A DNA stretch of 64,000 bases, taken from contig MU060970.1 of the NCBI GenBank assembly GCA_013265495.1, positions 11,485,063 through 11,549,062 of the forward strand, in the 5' to 3' direction. Source of the stretch: Vicugna vicugna (Eukaryota). How positions within the stretch are numbered: position 1 is the stretch's first letter; each line of letters begins with the position of its first letter. Both the position numbers and the translations under genes were made by a program. The notes beneath the pieces are model-generated. The model was not told the DNA's origin. It searched no databases and saw nothing but the letters and a program-made list of their open reading frames with translations. Below, piece by piece: positions 23,607 to 35,672 of the stretch.

Positions 23607-23716
23607 TGGGGTAATTAGTTTTACTTATTTATTTTTAGACACAGTACTGGAGATTGAACCCAGGACCCTGTGCATGCTGGGCAGGCTCTCTACCACTTGA
23701 GTTATACCTTATCCCT
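23607..23716 (-). mobile_element. tRNA-derived SINE, vic-1-like, in NODAL intron 1
   Basis: GTACTGGAGATTGAACCCAGGACCCTGTGCATGCTGGGCAGGCTCTCTACCACT, homologous to the other copies. Confidence 0.85.
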
Positions 23717-26395
23717 ACGCACATTAACACTGTAATTTGGCTTGTTTTTTTTAAAGCAGAAAGAGCAGGCCTGGAGGGAGACTGATGGAGAAGGGATGTT
23801 CTAAACCAGCTCCTTTCCCTCTTGGGTTGCTTTGTAAGCTGGACAGGATAAGGAGAAATGAGTACTGGGAGTCTAACCAAATTAGGTGTCCATCTGTGTC
23901 ACTGTTTAGCCATCTTCACCTTCAACCTTCAGTTTTGTCATCTTCAAAATGGTGTTAATAGTGAGGAGGATTTAAAGAGACAGTGCTTGTAAAACACTTG
24001 GCATGAGGGAAGCAGTTAAAGGTATTTACCCTTATAATTTATAATAATGTAGGGTGGGAACACAGTGTCATGCCCACCCTGCTTTTCTACAGAGCCCCTA
24101 ATGCTAACTCAACACCATTTGAGGGGAAAGGAACCCAAGGTCACAAGCCTCACCACTGCCTCCTTTAAAATTGGAAATGGGTCAAGATTTCACTGGGACC
24201 CATGTGGTCAAGTCTGCATTCAATGCATGGATGGGTTTTGGGGTGTCCATAAACCCCTTCCTTCTAACCACCCCCAAATCACATTTATTGTGTAAGTAGA
24301 ATATGAAGTTTTTTCTGGGGAGAGCATTCTTAGCTTTTATCAGGCATCAGTGACCCTCAAAGATTAGATCCCCTCCCCTTATTCTAAGATGAACCAGGGC
24401 CGGATCTAAGAGTACTTGTCAGCACTGTGTCCCAGGGAGCCCTTGGCTGCAGAAGCGGTTGTAGGGTCACAGACTCTTCCAGCAGAAGGTAGCAACCTCC
24501 TCCCTGCCCCTCCATACACACTGCCGCTGCATACACACTGCCAAGCTGGTAACAGATGACCTAATTCCTCTGTCCAGGTCCTCACTGCCTAGACATCTTC
24601 ATTTCTGACTTGGATCTGGGTAATAATGAGGCAGTTGATGATGGCTAACATTTATTGAACTTTAGTGGCTGTGCTGGGCAAAGCACTTTACACTCATTAT
24701 TTCAGTAGATTACAGTAGCCCTGTGAGGTGGATATTGGGGCCATCTCCCTCCTACCAACAGGGAAACTAAGGCCCAGAAAAGGCTTGCTGCCGTGTGAAA
24801 CAGCAAATGGCAAAATTTGATCCATCACAGGAGACACCAGGCCCCTGCTCTTAACCACTGAGCTGGAATGCTTTCCGTAAGAGGCCATTTGTGGATACTT
24901 GAGATAATATATTTTAACTCCTGGTGTAGGTAGGCAGGAGTTGCTACATGTCCCGCTTAATCCCCAGGTGGCCAGGTGGTGCTGCAATGGTTAGTGGGTA
25001 ATGGCAGCCTCCTCCCCACACCTCTGGGGGAGTTGCTAGTCAGTGGCCGGTTATTGCCCCCTGCAGGTGCTAACGAGGAGGGAAGTGGAAATTAAGTGAA
25101 AAAGAGCATCTAGAGATGGGCAGGGGAAAGCTATCAGAAGGTTGAAGCTGGGAATTACCCCCTTCTAATTAATGTAGGCTGGACTTCCCAGAGAAATTCA
25201 CTTACTATCTGACAGAAGATGTTCTATGAGACAATAAAAAAATAAACTGTTATGTGGTCTCCTCAGAGTGGACCTAATTTGGAGATTGTCATTACCTTCA
25301 GGAGTGATTCACGAAAGGGTTACTGTTTTTATTTCTAATGAATAACTTCTACCTTTTATTTAGCAATAGACCTTCAAACATATTTATTTCCCTGGGCCCT
25401 TGTGATAATGCAGGGAAGGGTAGGGCATTACCACTTCCATTGCAAAGAAGAAACTGGGCTTGAAAAAAATTACAGATCATTTTTAGATGACCCCCAAATC
25501 CACAAATACGTGCCATTTTCAGACATCAGACCAAATTAGTCCAGGACTAAAATAAATGGAATGTACTTCTCCATTCCTTTTCATCCAGTTTGGATTTCAT
25601 TGTGTTGGGTGTGTGATTGCTGTCTGCCCCAGGTGTGTGGATGACCTGGGGTGGGAGGGGTGAGCACACTGCAGGCAGGTAGGAGAGACCACTGGGTGGG
25701 AAAGTGCGAGCTCAGTGCATAGTCAAGCTTAGAATGTCTTTAGAAACCTATTTGTAAGTATGCCAAGAACTCTTCAGGTGTCTCCCTCAGTCTTTAGGAA
25801 TTGGTTGGGAAAATGGTGGCCAGTCTTTGGCTTCTATTGCCTGTGCCTTCCTGGGAGCTCTTACTCTGTCCATGATCTGCGTATCAACCTCATTGTGCCT
25901 ATGAAACAGGCCAACCTTTCCAATGAGAAGACAGAGCCTGGAAAGATGACTTGCTCCAGGGCCACAGGGTCAGTGGAAGCACAGGGTTTTGGTCAGAAAG
26001 CGCGGGGTTTGGCCTTAGACTGCATGTGTGAGAGGAGAGAGTTTCTACAACTCATCCAACTCATCCAATTTTTACCAATTGTTCTCTGGGTGTCTTGAGT
26101 AGGGGGCTGCAGAACAGTGATTTGGGGGTTGGGCTTTGCATTTGGGCTTATTTTTGGTTTTGCCTCCTTCCAAGAATGACACCTTGGGCAGGTAATTTAA
26201 CCTTTGAGTCTCAATTTTCCTCATCTGTAATATGGGTTTGATAACTTTCCCAGCTCATAGGGTTGGAGTGAGGGTTAAGAGAGATGATTCATACTAGGTA
26301 AGGGCTCAGTCATGAGCTATGATTGTTGCTACACTGACTGAGGCTGCAGGAGGCCCTCACTCAGCTTGCTTTCTTCCTGGTTTTTTCCTACCCAG

Positions 26396-27093
26396 ATGTG
26401 GATGTGGATGGGCAGAACTGGACCTTTGCTTTTGACTTCTCCTTCCTGGGCCAAGAAGAGGATCTGGCGTGGGCTGAGCTCCGGCTACAGCTGTCCAGCC
26501 CTGTGGCCCTTCCTCCTGATGTCCCACTGTCCATTGAGATTTTCCACCAGCCGAAGCTGGACAAGGATCAGGACCCACCCGACTGCCTGGAACGTCTTCG
26601 AATGGACCTATTCACTGTTACTCTGTCCCAGATTACCTTTTCCTCAGGCAGCATGGTCCTGGAAGTGACCAGGCCAATCTCCAAGTGGCTGAAGCACCCT
26701 AGGGAGCTTGGGGAGCAGATGTCCAGTTTGGCTGGGGAGTGTTGGCGGCGGCCTCCCACACCACCTGTCACCGACGTGGTCCTCATGCTCTACTCCAACC
26801 TCTCCCCAGAGCAGAGGCGGCTGGGGGGCTCCACCCTGCTGTGGGAAGCTCAGAGCTCCTGGCGGGTCCAGGAGGGACAGCTTTTCCAGGAGAGGGGCAG
26901 AAGGCACCGTCGATATCACTTGCAGGACAGAAGCCAACTGTGTCGGAAGGTCAAGTTCCAGGTGGACTTCAATCTGATTGGATGGGGCTCCTGGATCATC
27001 TACCCTAAGCAGTACAATGCTTATCGCTGCGAGGGCGAGTGTCCTAACCCCGTAGGGGAGGAGTTCCATCCGACCAACCACGCATACATCCAG
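26396..27093 (+). CDS. NODAL: NODAL exon 2 (prodomain, furin site RHRR at 26902-26913, start of mature TGF-beta domain)
   Basis: Acceptor ttttttcctacccag|AT. The 698-nt exon encodes [18 protein letters not shown]...[65 protein letters not shown]. Donor CAG|GTGTGA. Confidence 0.99.
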
Positions 27094-28652
27094 GTGTGAT
27101 GCCAAGGCCTGGGGAGGCGGTAGGCTGTAGGGGAGAAGTGGCCTTGCCACCAGATCAGGGGGACAGGACTCCAGCTTTGCTGTTAAATTACTAGGTTCAC
27201 ATGCACGGTTATTCAAGCACCTACAATGTGCCAAGTCCTTGCTAGGCTTTAAGGACGTAGAGCTGACCAGTGATAACATCCTCAAAGAGTCTAGGTGGAG
27301 TCATGCCCTGTCAGGTAGCCTTGAGGGACTTTTTCTTCCTTTCATAAAATTATGGGTGGAGCACGTAGACTAGAGGGTCTCAGCTCCTCCCCAGTGCTGA
27401 TATTCTAGGAAAGGAAGTTCAGAATCTGGAGTTTGGGGACAGAAAGGCCTAGGTTTGATTCTTACTCATTAGCTGTGTGATACTGATCAAGTTGCTTACT
27501 GTCTCTGAGCTTCAGTTTTCCCACCTGTAAAATGGAGATGGCAATGTCCTGTTTTATAGGGCTGATGTAGGGTTGTATGAGTTTGATATGCAAACTGCAT
27601 ATGTCATAGTTAGCAGATAACAGGCATGATGTTGTGTTGTTATTACTAGAAGTCTAGAATTCATTGATGCAATGGGGGCCATGTTTATGAGGCAAAGTAG
27701 AGATACTACTGTTCCAGCCACTGTACTTTTGCTGCTTAAAAACAGGAGTTGGACCCCCTGTTTTGCAGAAGTAGTTAAAGCCAGAGGCTACCACTAGGTG
27801 CCACTAATCAGCCTATGGTCTAGAAAGGTGGTGGAGGGGGGTGAATGGTAGAATGAGATGAAGAAAGCCAAGAATAGCGCCTAATATGGTGGTCTTGCCC
27901 TGCTCTCAAAGGTCATATGGGACCAAAGTGTTTTTATTTTACTCCATGAAGCCTAGAGAATCTCTTGGACCTGTAGTACATCCTCCATGCCAAGCCTCAG
28001 GCGGGATTCAGAGGCTCTAGAGAACATTTGAGCTGAGCACATGTGAGGGAGGCAGTGGGGGGAACCAGCGCCCTAGAGGACACCCTCCTGGGCACAGGCC
28101 CTCCTGAGCCTCCCCCAGGCCCCACTTCGCTGCTGCAGCCTACCTGTAGTATAACCACAGGGAACTACAGAGACCCAACGGTCCCAGTCACCAGAACTGA
28201 CACTGATCTGAAAAGCCACCACTGGACCACAGGGACAGGCCTAGTTCCAGAATGCCAAGGGCTTGTTACCTTTTCTCCCGTTGACTCTGTTTGCCTTTCT
28301 CTGGGCAACAAAGCAAATCCCACAAGAATTTTCACATGACTCTCTTCTGCTTCGTATTTCTGGAACTAAACCAGGAGTTTCTTGGAATGTTTTTAAAGCT
28401 GGTATTCACTCTAGACTAGAACAATAGGAGAACAGATAAATTAGCTACTGCTCTACTCATATACAGCTTTTAGAATCTTCTGTTTAAAGACTGTTTAAAA
28501 AAAAAGTTATTTTAGATGTGAGAGTTGATGATGTATTGGCATTCTGACTCCTCTACGAAAAGAATTTTCTTCTACTTTTGCACCCAGAAACTAATTTTAA
28601 CTCTCTGTAACTTTCTCCCCCTTTACCCAGAAATGACACTGTTCTGACCTGA

Positions 28653-28847
<195 letters not shown>

Positions 28848-29585
28848 GGAGCTCCTGCAGGTGTGCTGGATTTGCCCATACCCTGGAAGGCTGGGAAGCT
28901 CCTGGAAGACATGATAGCCATCTAATGCTATGAGGAGAAACAGAGAGGGGGAAAAGTTGCTCTGTCCATCAGATCTAAGGAGGAAGGGCTGCTGCCGTGA
29001 GCATAAAGGCTCTGTGGAGTCTGGCTGAGCACAGAGGAGAGGGAGGAGAAAAACTGTGAAGCAGGCTTGTTGGGTATTCTCTTTGCTGAACAGACAGTGG
29101 TGTGTGAAAGCACCAGTCAGTGCAAGAGTCCACTAGCTGACTGTTTTCAACATGTGAAGCCCTGGAAATTGTATGCAGGAGTTGGAGCATATGTGCATTT
29201 ATTGGTGAGGTGGGACAAGGTTGTCGTAACTTCTGTGTATTGTCAGAAGTGGCCTTTAACATAAACCACCCCTCCGCCCCCACCAAGATTAAGTATCACT
29301 AGGTGAAATTAAAAACAGTTGGCTCTGGTTGCCTCAGGCTGAGTAGGGGAGCTCCTGCAACTTCTGGCTGGCCTGTAGCAATCTTGTCCAGAGGCTCTCT
29401 GGAGTGGATCTCTGCTAATGAGTTGTACAAACAATACAGCCATTGTATAGTCCTCCTAGGCCAGCTGGTGCCTTTGAAGGGCAAGGCAGGAACTCATCCA
29501 AGAGAACTGGCCACAATGGACTACAGAACCTGGAGCCCAAGGGCATCTCCAAGTCAGTCTGCTTTGGCAGACACCATCCGAGTCT

Positions 29586-29591
29586 ATTAAA
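29586..29591 (+). terminator. Probable NODAL polyadenylation signal (ATTAAA)
   Basis: ATTAAA about 740 nt after the stop, compatible with the NODAL 3'UTR length. Cleavage site not verifiable. Confidence 0.55.
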
Positions 29592-32372
29592 GTTGGTGAC
29601 AGTTCACCTCAATCTGTCAATGCGTGCTATTAATGAGGCCCCTGAGCTTCCTATCCATAGGGGTGAAGGCCCTGCCCCGGGTTGTAGGAGAATCGGGCTA
29701 TAGTCTCAGCTCAGCCACTGAGCTGTGTGACCTCAGATGAGTAATTCACTGCTCAGCCTTGTCTTGTGAAATGAAAGCAGGTGGATCCTAATGCATTTCT
29801 GTTAAATGCTCTTTGATAGGCTCAGAAGAGCCATGAGCTTTCAGCCACAGACTGTCTTCTGGGCTTATCCCCATCTCCAAGTCTCATGAAGCCTGCTCAG
29901 CTGAGGCCCTGCCATATCCCCTTTATCTAACCTTTATCAGCTCTTTTGTTGCTCAGGGTTAATTTCAGGTTCCACATAATAGCACAGCAAAAGGAACCCA
30001 GGCTTTCTTGTAGGAAGTTCTACCACCAAAACACCTGAGCACACATCTCCGCCTTCTGGATGAAAAAGCCCCAAAGGCATCGGTTTTGCTTTTCTCTTAC
30101 CAGCTGGCCTCACTGAGCACTGCCAAAACAGGGGCTGTATTTTTTTGGTTTGGCAGGGCGAGGGGGCCATTTTATTGGGAATGTCAGTCCACAGTGAACC
30201 TACCCTGCTGTCCTAGGAAGCCCGTCAACTAATGTTCTAACCTTAGGAAAATGATTCCAGTCGTGTGGGAACACTTGTTGAGTTTAGCGGTGACTCAGAC
30301 TTGACTTGGTTGAGTCAAGGTAGTAATCCTGGCCCAGGCAGGGGTTGGCTAGGCTACAGCCAGGCCTGGGCTTGAAAAACCTATGTCCTGATCTAGTGCT
30401 CATTCCCTGAAGTGGAAATAACCTGCCCTCACCACAATTCAGAATCACAATAGGATCCTGCTTTTGACTCTGCTTAGAGAACAGTTGAGTTGGGGAGGCC
30501 TTGTGAGATCAGCTTTTGTCCCATCCTTTCCTAAATGAGACCCCAGTGAGGCCTACTGGCCTGACCCCACAGCTAGGAGTGGCAGGGCCAAGAGCCAAGC
30601 TCTGGACTACAGAGCCCTAGGGGCACCATCCTTAATAGCCTCTGGGGGTTTTTACTCCCTTAGCTCTGGGTCATTTGAATCCCAATTCCACTACCAAACT
30701 GAAGTTCTTGGGAGTAAAAATCCCATCCCAGGGCTTTACAGCATCCTCTTTACTAACTGGGTGCCCAACTTGTCCCTCTGTGGCTGGGGCCAGGAAAGCG
30801 AAAGGTCAAGCTATTTGTGGCTACAGCTTGTGGGAGTGTTTACAGTTAGCAGCTCTAGTGACTCAGAGAACAAACCCCACTGACGACAGGACGTTGCCTC
30901 TTATCAAGCAGAAGACACAGGCACAAAGGAGTGAAAGGACATTTTGCTGACTCCCGCTGAAAGCTCAGTGTGTGATGTGTCAGCAGCAGGGGCATTCGGC
31001 TGTCTGGCCGGAAGTATTTGGGGCTGAGCCTAGCAACACAGCTCTGTGCTCTGGACCCTGCAAGCTGGTGCAGACTTTGTTACAAAGTCCAAGGTATCAG
31101 TGCTTTTGAAAACTGAGTCCGACCCTAACCTAGGGGCCAGGAAGGGGCTCTCAGAGAACAGTCAGAGGTACTTTAACTTGCTCTTAAGGCAAAGGTCTCC
31201 TTCCACTGTTCCTATAGCAGTCCAAAGTCAGTAGCCGAGTAGGGGAAATTAGATGCATTACTCTCCTTGGCTGGGGAAGTGGGTGGGCCTGGCATAGGGA
31301 GGAGCGGAGGAAAGATGAAAGCCGAAATACACAAGAGGTGGGAAGTGGTGGTGACCCACATAGCAGCACCAGTCAGGGGTTAATCTCCATCTTATATAGT
31401 ATCGTCTTTGATTAGCAGTAAAAGCCTTATCCCTCTATTCTAAATAGTCTTTGAAGTTGATATTCTATTTGCCTTTGGGGCAGAGTAAAGGATGTATGAA
31501 AGTTCTTTCAAAATTATTTGGCCCTGTCTTCCCTTGAAGAGATTCTTAAGTCCTTCTAGAGGTCACACAAGCCTGTTCCACTCTCAAACTTGCACACTCT
31601 CGGGAGAAGCAGACCCAGTTAACTGACCTCTGCTTGTCACACCAACTGAGCTGTTACTGAGCTCTTCACATCCCTGCCACTAGGTTGTCCTTTCCATGAT
31701 CTTATCTGAGCGTCAAAACCACCTAAGATGTACTTACCTTAACCCTCTTTTAGAGAAGGAAACTGAAGGTTAGACAGATTATCGAGAATCCTGTTGGAGA
31801 GGACGTGGCTGCTACTAAGTGGCACAGTGGGAATTCAAGTCTGTCTTACCCCAAAGCCTGTGCCCTAACCGTCTATACTGTTTTTTGTTCTGTGGATCTG
31901 TTTACAACATCTAAAACATGAAAGGACAGGATTCTTGCTCTCAATACTAATACGGGAGCCTCACTGGATTAATAATAGCAAGGAATCTGATGCTCATGCA
32001 GCACAGTATGCTTTAAGATGTCAGATATGATGGATTTCAAACACATGCTCCTGAGAGGCAGAGGCAGCCCTCTTGAGGAAAGCTGTTGTTTGGGCTTCCC
32101 CAGGCTGGCACCTAGAGGAGGACCTTGGGTGCACCCAGCCCCAGTAGGAACATGTTCACCTCCAAACTCCTGAGGGAAGGGAAATATCACCTCCTTGCAG
32201 AGATAGAGCCAGGGGGACAGAGTGCTCTGAGTGCTGAGAAGTGACACATGAAGCTGCCAACTGCCTCTGCCCCTCTCCCTTACCAGCCAAGATGCCCAAA
32301 ATGTGTCAACAGGACTTCACCTGAAATTAAAAAAAAAAAAAAAATTAAAACACCAAGGTGATACTCAAGATC

Positions 32373-32378
32373 TTTATT
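32373..32378 (-). terminator. Distal EIF4EBP2 polyadenylation signal AATAAA
   Basis: TTTATT on +. On - it is followed by a long U-rich downstream tract (the A-run at about 32330-32350 on +). Confidence 0.7.
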
Positions 32379-35139
32379 GATTTAACTGTAACAGCAACCG
32401 TTGGTGAGAATTTAATTTTTTTTCCCCTAATTTCCAAACACTTGCTGGTTTGGAAACACAGAAAAACAAAAACCTGATCACGGAATCACTCAGGACTGCA
32501 TGGTGCCCTCTGCTCTCCATCCACTACAATGAAATGGATGGGAGGGGTCAGGGGACACTCACATCAAGGGAGATGAAGGGAAGACCAAGGAAAGTACTGG
32601 CAGTCTCTGCTTTTCCACTCAGAATGGATGGAACTGGGCCACTGGTGGCATGAAAACAGGGAAGGGCATTTTTTTAATATATAAAATATTTTAAAGATGC
32701 TTAAAATGGACACCCAAATATATGAGTGTCTTCTGGGCTCTCCGAGACACCCTCTTTAAGGTTTACCCCTGGGTAGCAGAGGGTCTCCTCACCCAGGTGG
32801 AAAGAGATAGGCTCCATCTCCGGGTGAAGGAAAGGCACTGGCTCACAGTCCTCAGTGATGGGAACAGACAGCAGGAGCAGGATGGCTCACCCACACAGCT
32901 TGTCCCTTGTTGCTAGTGTTCCTCCCCTAGTCTCCTGGTTTCAAGTAAAAATTACCCTTGGCCTGGGCCTGGGTTTTTGTTTTTAAAGATTAAGATGGAG
33001 AGGAAGAAGGTACATTGGGGCAACCTGTGCTACATTCATGGAAACTCAGATGTCCGGGAATTTTGGTTTTAAGCACCAGCAAGAGCTCCCTTTGGAAATT
33101 CCAATGTGGCCAAATGATTATCAAGCATTGCAGCATCTCTCTGCCAGCCTCCCACTCTTAGAAAGGTGGCAGAGTAAGAGTTTAAATACCCCAGGAATGT
33201 GTTTCATCTCACTACTATTTTCTATTTGGGATCCAAACAGTATGATCTGCCAGGGTTGCAGGCAGAGGAAGCAAAGAGAAAACCACAGACCACCTGAACA
33301 AGGACTTGAAAAGACTTCTCCTAAATCTAAGCTTTGCCAAAAGGTATCAATTTTCCAGGACCAGCCTAGAGAGAGAAACGTAATTTCCATAGCGTGGGAA
33401 AGGTGACATGAATGATTGAAAAATCAAGTGTGTACCAATCACCCTTAGTCTGCAGTGAGAAACATTTGTGAGCCAGCCTCAGGGAAACTCCAATAGTCAC
33501 CTGGAAAAACATGGCTAGAACAGGAAATGCTGCTGGGGGGATAAGCATTCTAAAGAACTGGGACCCAACTGCCTCAAAGTCTAATGCCACCTTTTATTAA
33601 AAGAGAGAGGGAAAGAATTTCGTGGTAGTGGGGGGTGGTAATGCACAGTAACTATGCCCCTTTCAAAGTCCAGATAGAAATTGCCCTCCCAAAGAAACAG
33701 TGCTTCTTTAAAACAAATACTCCTTCCTCTCAGATGTCATGGGTGGGTAAGAGATTGGGTTTCGCAGATAATAAATAGCTGCCCATATGCATGTGGTAGA
33801 GAAACATGCCAAGAGGGGAAAGTTCTGACCCAGGTAAAGAAAAGCAGTGGGCCTCCTGTCTAGAGGGGAATGCAAAGAGCTGAGGGCCTTGGTTTCAAGC
33901 AGCCAAGATACCTAATCCCCATCAAGTCTCCAAGACAGGGACAATGGAAAAAGATTCCATTTCTGGGATACTGCTGCCAACACGATGAGCCCCTTACACC
34001 AGGTGCCTTGATTCAAAGCAGGGAGTCAATATGCATTGGCCAAATGAAAGCCTCTGGGGTGAAAGCTCAAATGTCTAGCAGGTTGCATTCTAATGGAAAT
34101 GTTTGAATTGGGAAGGTAAGGTCTCAGAGATCCAAAGAGCTGGTAAGCCAACAGCAAATATAAAAGACCGACTGTTATGAAAAAATTAGAAGGAAACAAA
34201 TTCATTTGAAGGTGCTTTAAAGATGAGTTCCTTACTTCTGGGAGAAGTACTTTTTTTAAAATAGCTGCTTCAGCAGCAATGCTTTTTACTCAAGTATACT
34301 CTAAAGCAAGCACAGCTATAGGTAAGTGCGAAAGGTGGAGTATAAAGTTAAACAAGAATTTACATCCTTAAGATGTCTGAACTCTGCAAAGCTTGGTTGC
34401 ACACAGGTGCCAGAAACACAGAGCAGACATTCACTAAGAAGGTGCTGAACTGACAAGCCTCATATAAGTTTCTCTCCAGAGTGAAGATACGGCTGGTTCT
34501 CTTTAAGACCTCATTTCCATCAGAAAGCTCAGGATGAGGTGAGCACACAGTTAACCTGAACGATCAAGCACAGACAGGTGTTTCTAATTCCCAGATGTCC
34601 CCTACTTTATTGAGAAGCTTCTTGGGTGACACCCGACCCAAGTCTGCTTCAGCTGGTATGGTTGGCAAGAGCAGGTGCTAAGCATGGACTCTGGCACACA
34701 CCTGGCTTCCGGATGCTATCAGCTATTTCACCCAGAATCTAAACGGTTGGCTTTTCTTCAGCCCAGTAACCAACATCTAATACACATTTGCTCCCTTTGC
34801 TTGACAACTCTGAGTCAAAGTCCACTTACGTGGCTCAACTAGAAGGATTCACTTCCCTTTGTCAATTCCTGGCTAAAGGAGATAACGAGTAAATGGTATC
34901 GAGCCTTAGAGATCCCAAGCCAAGGACTTGCAAAAAGCATCCCTGGACTGCTGGTAGTATACATCAGGCAAACGTATAGATACATCCTCCCGGGAACTGC
35001 CTTTTCTCATCACCCCTCTCAAAACAGGCAGGTGGCCATGGGGAGTCTTTTTTTGTTTGCTGATGCACATCTTAGAGAATTGTTTTTAGTAACACCACCT
35101 CTCTCAGTATATCATCTAGTTTTAACCTACCCCCGCCCC

Positions 35140-35672
35140 TTGTTGATCTGGTTTCACCTTCTGTTGGGGGTGAGGCGGTTTTAAGATCTATCCACAGATT
35201 CTTACTGCTCCATTCAGTAGGGTGTGTGTGATTCCCGTCCCCTTGAGTATAGGCTGGGCTTAGTGGTTTGCTTCTAAGGAACAGAATAAGGAAGGAGCGA
35301 TGGTGTGTGCTTTCAGAAACTGTCATAAAAGGCACTGCAGAGTCCTCCTTGCCCTCTCTCTGGAATCACTCGCTCAGGGGGAGCCAGCTGCCATGGTATG
35401 AGGAGACTCACACTGCTCTAAAAAGAGACAAAAGAGACCCACATAGGGAGAGATTGAGGTATCCTGCCAATAGCCACAAAGAGTCTGGGAGTGGATTCTC
35501 AAACCCCAGGTGACTGTAGACTTTGCTGATGTTTTGACTGCAATTTCTTACGATCCTGGGCCAGAACCATCATGCTAAGCTGGTTCCCAACTCCTAACCC
35601 ACAGAAACCGCCAACGCTTGCTCTTTTAAGATTTAGTTTGGGGGTAACCTGTTACATAGCAACAGATAACAC
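35140..35672 (+). mobile_element. MaLR (MLT1-family) solo LTR inside the EIF4EBP2 3'UTR, antisense to the mRNA
   Basis: GGAGCCAGCTGCCATG..CTCCTAACCCACAGAAAC..GTTTGGGGGTAACCTGTTACATAGCAACAGATAACACA terminus. Confidence 0.75.

Noticed and set aside
25880-27640. Oppositely oriented MIR relics flanking NODAL exon 2 as circRNA drivers
   Set aside because: Too diverged to form a stable duplex by inspection.
29234-31333. Isolated FOXH1 8-mers (29234-29241, 31326-31333)
   Set aside because: About four are expected by chance in 64 kb, and these lack SMAD-box or positional support.
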